This document shows, piece after piece, positions 7,491-16,425 of a DNA stretch of 16,440 nt; within the stretch, counting starts at the first letter, position 1, and the number at the start of each line of letters is the position of its first letter. The stretch spans positions 1 to 16,440 of the forward strand of contig CAVYSY010000018.1 in the NCBI GenBank assembly GCA_963771175.1. Direction: 5' to 3'. Both the position numbers and the translations under genes were made by a program. Source of the DNA: an uncultured delta proteobacterium (GTDB lineage Bacteria > Myxococcota > Myxococcia > Myxococcales > Myxococcaceae). The notes under the pieces were generated by a model, which was not told where the DNA came from, ran no database searches, and worked only from the letters and a program-made list of their open reading frames with translations.

Positions 7491-8126
7491 CTAGCGCAAC
7501 GAGGCCCGCGCGGAGCCCAGCTTCTGGGCCCGCTTCTCCACCGCGCGCACCGTGTCCATCACCGCGTCCTTCTGGCCCACCCCGGCCAGGAAGCCGGGAA
7601 TGGAGCCCCCGGGCTCCACGGAGAAGCGGTAGACGAAGCGCGAGCGGCCCTCGCCACTCGGGGTGAAGAGCCAGCTGCCCTGGTTGTGCCGCAGCCGCAC
7701 CACGCCCTTGCGCTCCGGCAGGGCCTTGCTGTCCGCGGACCACCTCAGGCGGAACTCCCCCGAGCCGTCCTCGGCCAGCAGCTGCTCGTCCACCACCCGC
7801 AGCACGTAGTCCCGGTTGGAGATGATGGGGAAGTCGAGCTGCGTGTACGTCACGCGCCCCTCCGGCTCGGCGGCCACCAGCTTCGACTCCGTCACGTACG
7901 GCATCCAGTGCCGGTAGCTCTCGTGGTCCCTCAGCGCGGACTGGATGTCCCGGCTGTCCGCGGCCAGCTCGCCCTCGGCCCACACCTCCTGGACTCCCCC
8001 GGGGATGTCCGGCCTGTCCCGCACCTTGATGACCACCTCGCCGTCGGTGAGCTTCTTCCACTCCTCGGCGCTGGCGACTCCCGCCGCCACCACCACCAGG
8101 ACCGCAAGGCCCGGCAGGCTCCTCAT
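7491..8126 (-). CDS. Secreted START/SRPBCC lipid-binding domain protein
   Basis: Signal peptide (...VASA|EEW). W..L...G.V.IK, YRHWMPYV, FPIISNRDYV, GVVRL...GSW.F, VEPGGSIPGFL. RBS GAGGGGGAG. Confidence 0.85.
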   Translation of the reverse strand: MRSLPGLAVLVVVAAGVASAEEWKKLTDGEVVIKVRDRPDIPGGVQEVWAEGELAADSRDIQSALRDHESYRHWMPYVTESKLVAAEPEGRVTYTQLDFPIISNRDYVLRVVDEQLLAEDGSGEFRLRWSADSKALPERKGVVRLRHNQGSWLFTPSGEGRSRFVYRFSVEPGGSIPGFLAGVGQKDAVMDTVRAVEKRAQKLGSARASLR

Positions 8127-8239
8127 GTTCGACTCCCCTCACTCAGAGACGGGCCCCGGCCGGCTCCCCGCCCTCCACCAACATCCTCGCCACCAGAAGC
8201 ATCGACTTTTGGCACCGGCCAAGGCACGAAGGTAGCCCT

Positions 8240-9737
8240 ATGAGCAGCCACCTGACATCCCCCCCACCCGAGCGGGGGCTCTTCTGCAATCGGACCCTCA
8301 ACATGAGGGCCATCAAGGCCATCGGCTACGACATGGACTACACGCTCATCCACTACAAGGTGGAGGCGTGGGAGCAACGAGCCTACGAGCATATGCGAAA
8401 CCGGCTCGTCGCGTTGGGCTGGCCCGTCGCCCACCTCACGTTCGATCCCGACGCTGGCCATGCGCGGCCTCATCATCGACACCGAGAAGGGCAACCTCCT
8501 CAAGGCCAACCGCTTCGGCTTCGTGAAGAAGGCCCTCCATGGCACCCGGCCCATGGACTTCGAGGCCCAGCGCAACGAGTACTCCGGCACCCTCATCGAC
8601 CTGGCGGACCGGCGCTGGGTGTTCCTCAACACCCTCTTCTCGCTCTCCGAGGCCTGCATCTACGCCCAGGTGGTGGACCTGCTGGACGCCGGCAAGCTCC
8701 CCGGCCCCATGGGCTACGGCGACGTCTACGAGCACGTGCGCCGCAGCCTCGACGCCACCCACATGGAGGGCGCGCTCAAGGCCGAAATCATCGCCGACCC
8801 GGGCCGCTACGTGCTGGCCGAGGCGGACACGGCCCTGGCCCTGCTGGACCAGAAGGACGCGGGCAAGAAGCTGCTGCTCATCACCAACAGCGAGTGGGCC
8901 TACACCCTGCCCATGATGCACGCCGCGTTCGACCCGTACCTCCCCAAGGGGATGACGTGGCGCGAGCTCTTCGACGTGGTCATCGTCAGCGCCCGCAAGC
9001 CCGAGTTCTTCACCACGCGCGCCTCGCTCTTCGAGGTGGTGACGGCGCCGGGCCAGGAGGGCCTGCTGCGTCCGCACTCGGGGCCGCTCAAGACGGGCAC
9101 GCCCTACTTCGGCGGCAGCGCCACCGAGGTGGAGCGCTTCCTGGGCATGAGCGGGGACGAAATCCTCTACGTGGGCGACCACATGTTCGGCGACGTCCAC
9201 GTCAGCAAGAACGTGCTGCGCTGGCGCACCGCCCTCATCCTGCGCGAGCTGGAGGACGAGATTCGCTCCATCAGCGCCTTCCGGGCCACCGAGGCGCGGA
9301 TCGCCGAGAAGATGGTGGAGAAGGAGCGGCTGGAGGCCGAGGCCTGCCAGGTGCGGCTGGAGCTGCAGCGGCGGCGGCTCGGCTACGGCCCGCGCGAGCC
9401 CTCGCCCACCGACGAGCAGCTCCACGCCCGCGCGCTCGAGCTGCGCGCCCAGTTGGAGGCGCTCGACGCCGAGATTGGTCCCCTGGCCCGCGCCGCCAGC
9501 GAGCTGTCCAACCCCATCTGGGGCCTGCTCACGCGCGCGGGCAACGACAAGAGTCACCTGGCGCGCCAGGTGGAGCGCTACGCGGACATCTACACGTCGC
9601 GGGTGAGCAACTTCCTCTTCGCCACGCCCTTCGTGTACCTGCGCAGCCCGCGCGGCAGCCTCCCGCACGACCCGACCACCCCCGGGGGCACGCCCGTCTT
9701 CCCTCCCCCCACCACCGGGGACATGGGCACGCCCTGA
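8240..9737 (+). CDS. HAD-IG family 5'-nucleotidase (cN-II-like), with a +1 frameshift at CCC 8447-8449
   Basis: FCNRTLNM...GYDMDYTL (motif I) in the first frame. RGLIID, LLITNS, ARKPEFF and LYVGDHMFGD in the second frame. Removing one C restores FDPTLAMRGL. Confidence 0.92.
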
Positions 9738-9752
9738 GCCCTCCCGGGTGGC

Positions 9753-10208
9753 CTACTGGGTGCGCCGCCAGAGGTCCTGCAAGTCCCGGGGGAGGTTGCT
9801 CTCCACGTCCTCGACCTCCCCCTCCGAGATGTGCTCGCGCAGCCCCTGGAAGACGGCTCGCACCAGGGGCTCCACCTCGGAGCTGTCCTTGCCCAGGTCC
9901 TCCGCCACCCCCCGCAGGAACTCCTCCCGGCTCTTGCCGTAGGAGCGCACCGGCTTCTCCGGCCCCTCCTGGGGGAGGAACTCCAGCAGCTTGCGCGGGA
10001 GCTGCGCCCTCAGGTCCTTCGCCTCGCTGGCTTGAATCCGGTGCAGCAGCGCGTTCACCACCGACACCGCCGCACACTCGGCCACTCCCTTCTCCAGCTT
10101 TCCCACCTCGCACAGGTGCCGGATGAAGGCGGCGTAGGTGGAGCCGGTGTGGGACTCGTGCCGCTTCTCGCCGCGGCTCAGGGGGGGTTCCGTCGGGTTG
10201 TCGGCCAT
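9753..10208 (-). CDS. DUF2267 domain protein
   Basis: AAVSVVNALLHRIQASEAKDLRAQLP and EEFLRGVAE...VRAVFQGLREHISEGEVEDVESNLPRDLQDLW. RBS GAGGAG. Confidence 0.85.
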   Translation of the reverse strand: MADNPTEPPLSRGEKRHESHTGSTYAAFIRHLCEVGKLEKGVAECAAVSVVNALLHRIQASEAKDLRAQLPRKLLEFLPQEGPEKPVRSYGKSREEFLRGVAEDLGKDSSEVEPLVRAVFQGLREHISEGEVEDVESNLPRDLQDLWRRTQ

Positions 10209-10477
10209 GGACCGCTCCTCGGTGTCGTTTCCTGAAAGGTGGGCATGGCCCGGCCCATGGGGGGGACGGCCAGGCAGCGAGGGGGTGCTCAGGGTTCCGT
10301 GGGGGGCCGGCCACTCGGGTCGGGAAAGGTCCCACGTCCGGGGAGCGGGCGGGCGACCTGGGCGATCGGCCGGGCATGTCAGACCCCCCTGGTATCTCTG
10401 GTGCCGTGAGCCACTCGACTACCCACGGCACGTTGCGAGTCCTCGAGCAGGGAAACCTTCTCTTTGGAGCGGACCTG

Positions 10478-10894
10478 ATGCCTGTCCAGTCCGGGAGCGG
10501 GCGAAAGAAGCGAGCCCGCAAAGCGGCGCCCAGGCCCGCGGGGTTCGCCGCGGCCCTGGCCCTGGTGGTTCAGCACGGACGGAAGCTGGCCAAGGAGGTG
10601 GGGAAGACGGCGCTCTCGCGCTGCCCCCGCTGCGGCCACGTGGGGCCGACGCAGCAGGACTTCGGCACCCGCATCATCCGGGGCGAGCGCCGGCCGCAGT
10701 CCTGGTGCCGGAGCTGCCGCAAGGTGAACCTGCCGCCGCTCAAGGCCCTGACGGAGACCTCGGGCCGCACGGTGAAGGCCACCCAGATGGAGACGGCCAA
10801 CGAGGCGCCCGCGCCGGCCCGTCGCGCGGCCACGGCGGAGGGGTGGCTGTTCCCGGAGCTGATGCCCGTGCGCAAGAAGCGCCGGACGTCCTGA
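10478..10894 (+). CDS. Basic hypothetical protein with a C4 zinc ribbon
   Basis: CPRC...DFGTRIIRGERRPQSWCRSC with K/R-rich termini and GC3-rich codons. ATG 10478 follows GGAG; the start is uncertain. Confidence 0.7.
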   Translation: MPVQSGSGRKKRARKAAPRPAGFAAALALVVQHGRKLAKEVGKTALSRCPRCGHVGPTQQDFGTRIIRGERRPQSWCRSCRKVNLPPLKALTETSGRTVKATQMETANEAPAPARRAATAEGWLFPELMPVRKKRRTS

Positions 10895-10994
10895 GACGCC
10901 CCGCCCGAGCAGCCAGCCAGCGCCCTCTCGCGCCCCCGGGAGGGATGACGGGAGCCCCCCGCCTGCTCATTCCTCTCTAGAGGAGGGAGAGCAC

Positions 10995-11261
10995 ATGGCG
11001 GTTCGGACGGACATCGTGGGCATCAAGCGACGGCGGCAGGGGGACGCGCCCAGCGCGCAGCCCAGCCAGCAGGCCAGCAAGGGCAGAGCCATCCCCTTCC
11101 AGGATGAGATTCCCCTGCTGCGCCGCGAGCGGCTGCTGGCGCGGGCTCGCCTGGGTCCAGCGGCGGAGCCCCACCTGCCCAAAATCCCCCGCACGGTGGC
11201 CCCGGTGCGCGGACGGAAGAAGCCGCCCAGCCAGATGCACATCAAGCGCGAAGGCGGGTGA
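10995..11261 (+). CDS. Small Lys/Arg-rich protein, paralog 1 (88 aa)
   Basis: Strong RBS GAGGAGGGAG. Shares MAVRT, SKG and LRRERL...GPA with 12081..12359. Confidence 0.75.
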   Translation: MAVRTDIVGIKRRRQGDAPSAQPSQQASKGRAIPFQDEIPLLRRERLLARARLGPAAEPHLPKIPRTVAPVRGRKKPPSQMHIKREGG

Positions 11262-11314
11262 GCCGCGGCAACAAACCCGAGCCGCGCACGAATCGCGGTC
11301 TATGCTGGGACGCA

Positions 11315-11989
11315 ATGGACGACGCGCTGTTCTCCTCGGAATTCGAGCCGGCCGACACCCGCTACCTGTGGCGGCTGTGGTTCGCGGACGTGCTGGACCT
11401 GGCCACGTCGGCGCTGCTGGGCTGGGGCGCCCTGCGCGCGCTGGACGTGGATCGCACGCCGCGCGCGCTGGTGCTGGCCGGGGTGGTGGTGTGGCTGCTG
11501 CTGTCGCTGGCCGGCGGGCTGAGTGGATGGACGCTGTGGCGCGGGGTGCTGGGCCTGCGGATGGTGGACGCGAAGGAGGCGGGCGCGCCGGGCCCGGGGC
11601 GCGGACTGGTGAGGGCCCTGGTGGTGCCGATGGACCTGCCCATCGCGCCCTTCCTGCAGCGGCGCTACTTCGACCGGTTGCTGAAGGTGGAGCCCGAGGC
11701 GGTGCCGCTGCGGTCGCGCAAGTGGCAGCGCGGCCTGGGCTGGCAGGGCGTCTGGCTGGCGCTGCTGCTCGCGTCGGTGTGGTTCGTGGTGATGCCCACC
11801 CAACGCGAGGCGCTCACGTACCTCAAGCGGCTGGACGGGTGGCGCTGCTGCAACGCGAAGACGCCGCCCGCCCCCTTCAAGTGCTCGAGCTCGGTGTGGC
11901 GCGCGCGGAGCGCGGCGAAGGGCGGGGACGAACAGGCCCGCGCCGTGGTGGCGCAATGCCCCCGCGCCCAGGCCGAGTGGGGGCGCTGA
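11315..11989 (+). CDS. RDD-like membrane protein with a Cys-containing C-terminal domain
   Basis: LWRLWFADVLDL...GWTLWRGVLGLRMVD...GLVRAL...YFDRL (RDD pattern), an extra TM helix and a tail with CC..C..C. Confidence 0.7.
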   Translation: MDDALFSSEFEPADTRYLWRLWFADVLDLATSALLGWGALRALDVDRTPRALVLAGVVVWLLLSLAGGLSGWTLWRGVLGLRMVDAKEAGAPGPGRGLVRALVVPMDLPIAPFLQRRYFDRLLKVEPEAVPLRSRKWQRGLGWQGVWLALLLASVWFVVMPTQREALTYLKRLDGWRCCNAKTPPAPFKCSSSVWRARSAAKGGDEQARAVVAQCPRAQAEWGR

Positions 11990-12080
11990 GCCAGCGGGCG
12001 CACGTCGCACGGGTGAGTGGGGGAGCGGGGGATGGAAAAACGGTCCGGGCGTCCTTACCTCCCAGTCAGGAGGTCGACAC

Positions 12081-12359
12081 ATGGCGGTCAGGACGCGGGA
12101 AGCAGGCGTGAAGAACAAGAGGCGGGTGACGGACGTCGACACGACGCAGCCCAACCAGCAGTCCGCGGGCGTCAGCAAGGGGCACAAGACGGTGCCCCGT
12201 GACCAGGCCGCGGCCCTGCGGCGCGAGCGGTTGATGCGCAGGGCCACGCCCGGCCCGGCCATGACGGCGCCGGTGGGGCTCGGGCCCGCCACCACCGAGG
12301 TGCGGCCCGGCAAGAGGACCACCACCCGCCGCAAGGCGAAGCGCGGCAACGTCCTGTAG
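12081..12359 (+). CDS. Small Lys/Arg-rich protein, paralog 2 (92 aa)
   Basis: RBS AGGAGG and homology to paralog 1. Confidence 0.78.
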   Translation: MAVRTREAGVKNKRRVTDVDTTQPNQQSAGVSKGHKTVPRDQAAALRRERLMRRATPGPAMTAPVGLGPATTEVRPGKRTTTRRKAKRGNVL

Positions 12360-12455
12360 CGCGCCCGCTCCACCCCACAACCCAGCACCGACAGAGATGG
12401 TCCGGCCCCCTGGTCAATCCGGCCGGCCATCCCTACCTCACGTTGGGGAGGTCCC

Positions 12456-12960
12456 ATGCCAGAGAAAACCAAGCAGTTGCGTGCCAAGCGCGCCAAGGCC
12501 AAGGGCACGACCATGACGTTGAAGGCCTCGGACACCGGTGACGTTCCCGCCGGCAAGAGCGCCCACGCCCTCAAGAAGAGCCGAGGCATCGTCGGCCAGA
12601 CCCGGACGGCCGACCGCACCGTCAGCCGGCGCCGTCCGCCCGGCGAGGGCAGGACGGCCCAGAGCCTCCATCTGCCCGTGCCGGAGACGGGCAGCTCCAC
12701 CTCGCGCCGCAGGACGATTCCGGACGAGGCCGCCGCCCAGTACCGCCACGGGTCGCACCGCAAGACGGTCGCCACCGAGGCCGCCGCCGCCTACCGCCGC
12801 GAGGAGCGTCCCAAGGTGCCGCGCAACGAGGCGAAGCAGCGCCAGGAGACGCGCAGCAAGCGGGGCTCGCCCGTGCAGGGCCGCAAGAAGGCCCCGAGCG
12901 AGAATGGACATCACCCACCGCGGCGGCCCGCGCAAGCGCCTGCCCCTCCACGGCGGCTGA
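12456..12960 (+). CDS. Lys/Arg-rich protein, paralog 3, with a probable frameshift near 12897
   Basis: RBS GGGAGG. After KKAP, a frame change gives the GC3-rich RMDITHRGGPRKRLPLHGG* (stop 12960), matching paralog 1's GRKKPPSQMHIKREGG*. The uncorrected ORF runs to 13055, into the convergent protease. Confidence 0.68.
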
Positions 12961-14097
12961 GCCACCCGGCCAGCACCCACACCGCCCACGCGCCCGGGCC
13001 CGGAGCGCCCGCGCAGCCACCCGCCCCCTCGGGCACCGTCTGCCCGCAGGGGTGAAGCAACGGCACGCGTCCTCGCCCTCGGACTCCAGGCGCGCGCACA
13101 CGCCACCGGCTCCACACTGGGCATCCCCGGCACACGCCGCGCCGTAGTCGCCCTCCTGCAATGCGTGCAGGAGGCAGCGGCTGGGTCCGCCCCCACTCGT
13201 GGGGACGCAGGCGAGCTCCGCGGGGCACTCGGCGGCGTGGGTGCACGTGGCCCCGCAGAGGGACTCGGGGGCGAGCACCGGGCCCGGCGGTGGAGCGGGC
13301 TCGGCGAGGAAGGGCCGGACGAAGTCCTCGAGCAGCGCGTCCACGCGGACGTTGAAGGCGTCCTTCCGGCAGGCCACATCTCCGCTCGCGGTCACTCCCG
13401 CGAGCACCTCGCGTCCGTCCGCGCCTCGCACCAGCACCGGCCCGCCGCTGTCGCCCACGCAGCTCATCGCGGGTGAGGGCCCGGCATGGAAGGCGTCCGC
13501 CTCCACCTGCGTCACCAGGAGCGCGCCCTGGCGCCGTCGGCCCGAGGGGGCGGTGGCGTCCTTCGTGTCTCCGAAGCCCACCACGCGCGCGGGCTGGTTC
13601 GTCTCCAGAGTGCCCCAGCCGGGCTCGGGCAGGGGGAGTGGAGGCACCTCCACCGGCCGGGCCAGGCGCAGCAGCGCCGCGTCCCAGGCGTGCGTGGTGC
13701 GCTCGTACCGGGGGTGCCGCACCGCGCGCGTCACCCGGACGAAGCGCCCACCCGGCTCGGGCTCCGGCAGGAGTCGGGTACCGAGGAAGACCTCGTAGTC
13801 CCCGTCCGTGTCGAAGACGTCCAGGCAGTGCGCCGCCGTCAGCACCACGTCCGGCGCCACCAGGGAGCCCGTGCACAGCAGCGTGAGGGAGTCCTCCTGG
13901 CACCGCGTGCGCCGGGCGATCAGCGCCACCACCGCGGCGTCGTCCGGGGCGTCCGTGCCTCCGACCACCGCGTCCGCTCGCGTGGCCTCGGCCATCCGGG
14001 AATCCGCGGGGGACGTGGGCGCGCAGGCACACAACATCGACAGCGAGAGCCACAGGGAGCCCGTCCCTCTCCCAAAGGAGGAGAGGAGCGTCCTCAC
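12911..14097 (-). CDS. S1 (trypsin-fold) serine protease with Cys-rich region and MYXO-CTERM-like tail; frameshift at G-run 13049-13052
   Basis: Possible lipobox LCA-C, then VVGG, CTGSLVAPDVVLTAAHC, DAALL and SCVGDSGGP. Adding one base gives CFTPCGQ...GGCAGAPGPGAWAVWVLAGWLSRR. GTG start overlaps the upstream stop. Confidence 0.88.
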
Positions 14098-14657
14098 TCC
14101 GCCGGCTCGTGGCGCGCCGCTTCAGCCAGCGCCGCCAGCTCCTCGCGCAACGTGCCGAGCCTCGCCCGGTGCCGCGAGAGCTGCACCTCCAGCCGCTTCG
14201 CCTCCGCCGAGTCCCCGCGCTTCTCCGCCGCCAGCCGCTCCTGCTCCAGCCGCTCCACGTCCCGCCCGAGCAGCTCGGAGATCCGCACCATCTTCCCGTG
14301 CTTCCACGCCGCCGTCTGGGGCTTCTCCGGCTCGATGGGGTCGTTCTCCTGCGATGGCGCGTTCTCCACCTCGGGCTCCGGCACCACGTCTCCCGGGACG
14401 ATCGGCACCACCGTCGCCCGAGGCTCCTCCGCCACCTCCGCGTGCGCCTCCACCTTCATCGGCTCGGGCCGCACCGACGTGGAGGCCGGAGACACGGGCG
14501 CGGGCACGGGCGCCACCGCCGTGGGAGCCTTCACGGACGACGGCTCCTGGACCTGGGGCTCCGCCTCCGGCGCGGGCCAGAGGAACCGCAGCGCCAGCGC
14601 GGCCCCGAGCAACAGGACCGCGGCGAGTGGCGGAACGATACGGGACCGGGAGTTCAT
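14094..14657 (-). CDS. Membrane-anchored protein with Pro/Glu-rich linker and C-terminal helical/coiled-coil domain
   Basis: N-terminal TM (PLAAVLLLGAALALRFLWP), P-rich stalk, then PQTAAWKHGK and heptad-like helices. Confidence 0.8.
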   Translation of the reverse strand: MNSRSRIVPPLAAVLLLGAALALRFLWPAPEAEPQVQEPSSVKAPTAVAPVPAPVSPASTSVRPEPMKVEAHAEVAEEPRATVVPIVPGDVVPEPEVENAPSQENDPIEPEKPQTAAWKHGKMVRISELLGRDVERLEQERLAAEKRGDSAEAKRLEVQLSRHRARLGTLREELAALAEAARHEPAE

Positions 14658-14669
14658 CGCGCGTCTCTC

Positions 14670-15041
14670 TTAGTAGAGGACCTGTCCGTGCTTCCACGCC
14701 GCCTTCTGCGGCTTCACCGGCTCGGTGGGGGCATCCTCCTCCGGCGGAGACCTGGCCACCTCGGGCTCCGGCACCGCCTCCACGGGCTCGAGGGGCTCCT
14801 CCAGCTCCGGAGGCTCCTCCGCCACCACCACGGGCGCCACCACCGGCACCGGCCTGGGCCTCGCCGGCGTGGCGACGGGAGCCACGGGCGCGAGCACCAC
14901 CGCCTTCTGCACCTTCACGGGCGGCGGAGTCTCGACCTGGGGCTCCACCTCGGGCGCGGGCCAGAAGAAGTGCAGCGCCAGCGCGGCCCCCAGCAACAGG
15001 GCCGCGGCCAGCGGTGGAATGAAACGGAGCCTGGAATTCAT
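14670..15041 (-). CDS. Truncated tandem paralog of 14094..14657 (lacks the helical domain; possible pseudogene)
   Basis: MNSRLRFIPPLAAALLLGAALALHFFWPAPE...PQKAAWKHG aligns to the downstream gene, then ends abruptly with QVLY*. Confidence 0.75.
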   Translation of the reverse strand: MNSRLRFIPPLAAALLLGAALALHFFWPAPEVEPQVETPPPVKVQKAVVLAPVAPVATPARPRPVPVVAPVVVAEEPPELEEPLEPVEAVPEPEVARSPPEEDAPTEPVKPQKAAWKHGQVLY

Positions 15042-15057
15042 CGCTTGTTTCTACCCC

Positions 15058-15452
15058 TCACAGGCGCAGCTTCCAACCGTCCGGGTGCTGCTCCACGCGC
15101 AGCAGCAGGGGCTCCTCGCGCACCCGCCCGTCCTGGGCGATCCGCGTGCGCACCATCACCGCGTTCGCGTCCCGCCCGTCCACCCGAGCGTCCAGCACCT
15201 CCACCAGGGAGAGCCCGTGCGCGTCATCTCGTCCACCGTCTCGCGACAGGTCTCGGCCGCCTTGCCGACGAGCAGGGGACCGAGCTCCGCGCAGTCGCCC
15301 GCGGGCAGCGCCTCGAAGAAGCGCTGCACCGTGGCGCGAGCGGCCTCGGTCTTCCGAGCCTCCGAGGATTGCAGCCGAGGGCGAGCCAGCAGGCCCAGCG
15401 CCAGCACCGTGGCGCGCGGGGCCGCCCTGGCGTCGGAGCCGAGGCGAGTCAT
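15058..15452 (-). CDS. Small lipoprotein (NTF2-like alpha/beta fold suspected), with indels at about 15387, 15370 and 15224
   Basis: ATG at 15452 overlaps the upstream stop (TGATG). Corrected reading: LALGLLLALGC...AARATVQRFFEAL..GDC..L...C...HGLSLVEVLDARVDGRD...LLRVEQHPDGWKLRL*. Confidence 0.7.
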
Positions 15453-16365
15453 CAGTAGCAGTTCGGAGCGAACAGCTCGTCGTCGCTCGCCGAGGCGAAC
15501 TGGTCGTCGCAGTAGGCGCTCGCCAGCACGTGGCCGTTGCGCACGCAGCCGTCGTGGTTGGTGGCGTCCAGCGTGTACTGGGTGTCGCCGCCGCACCCGC
15601 CGCCGCAGCGGCCGAAGCAGTTGCCCTGCACCTTCGGGCGGCTCCAGTGGTCCGGCTCGCCGCACAGCCAGCCGGTGCCGCCGTCAGGTAGTACTCGTCG
15701 CCGCTGCAGGTGGCGTGGTCGCCGAGCTGGGCGATCTGCTGGTTGACGGTGTCGTCGAAGCCGCCGTGCTGGCAGTCGTGCTTCGCGTAGAGTACCAGTT
15801 GTAGACGCCGCTGCAGCTCGCCGGTGTAGCCGCCGTTGCACTTCGCGTAGCTGCACAGCATGGTGTAGCCGCGGCCCTGCTCGCCCATCACCGTGCGCTG
15901 CAGCGCCAGCGAGGACGGGTGCTGCGTCCACAGGCTCACCGCGCGCCGCAGGTACATGGCCTCGGGAGTGGCCGCGTCACCCGCGGGGAGCTGCGCGTTG
16001 AGCGCCGCGTACAGGCCCGTCAGCACCTCGCGGTCTCCGTCCAGCATCTGCGTGTCCTGGCCACTGTCTTCCGCGAAGCCATCCAGCGACGACACGCCGT
16101 TGACCGAGTCCACCAGGCCCGTCAGCGTCAGCCCGTTCAGCCGCACCTCGATGCGATAGACGCCCTGCTCCACCTGGCGCGAGGAAAAGAGTGCCGCGCT
16201 CGCGTCCTGGCCGGCCGTCCCGAAGCGGCCCGACACCGCGCCCGCCTCCGTGGTCAGCTCCAGCCCGTCGACGGCCTTCGCCGCCTCGTCAGTCTGCGCG
16301 GGGCCGCTCTGCCCACCACAGGCCCACAGCGTCATCGCCGCGACTGCTCCGAGTACCTTCCGCAT
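15452..16365 (-). CDS. Cys-rich secreted lipoprotein, with indels at about 15820, 15791 and 15685
   Basis: Lipobox LWA-C16 and a beta-rich N-domain. The C-terminal part, stitched from ORFs 15058..16365 and 15452..15931, reads LCSYAKC...HDC...NCFGRCGGGCGG...YTLDATNHDGCVR...YCDDQFASASDDELFAPNCY*. Confidence 0.78.
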
Positions 16366-16390
16366 ATGCCCGCATCCCCTCCGCGCCAGC

Positions 16391-16425
16391 TTTTCCTGCT
16401 TACGCGGAAAACGAGAGAATTTCTC
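16391..16425. promoter_or_regulatory. AT-rich palindromes upstream of the lipoprotein/protease operon
   Basis: TTTTCC-N9-GGAAAA (16391-16411) and GAGAA-T-TTCTC (16415-16425) stand out in GC-rich DNA. Confidence 0.4.

Noticed and set aside
8222..8236. AGGCAC-N5-TAGC sigma54-like motif before the nucleotidase
   Set aside because: The predicted TSS would fall inside the coding sequence (ATG at 8240).
8240..10126. 628-aa ORF or programmed frameshift in the nucleotidase
   Set aside because: It is out-of-frame read-through after one extra C. There is no slippery heptamer, and similar indels occur throughout the window.
15781..15850. CTTCGCGTAG repeated 60 bp apart
   Set aside because: Only two copies, both encoding YAK within the CDS. 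It is not an array.
15058..16365. Single 435-aa fusion protein
   Set aside because: It is a chimera of two frameshifted genes. The middle is out-of-frame low-complexity sequence, and a TGATG junction exists at 15450-15454.
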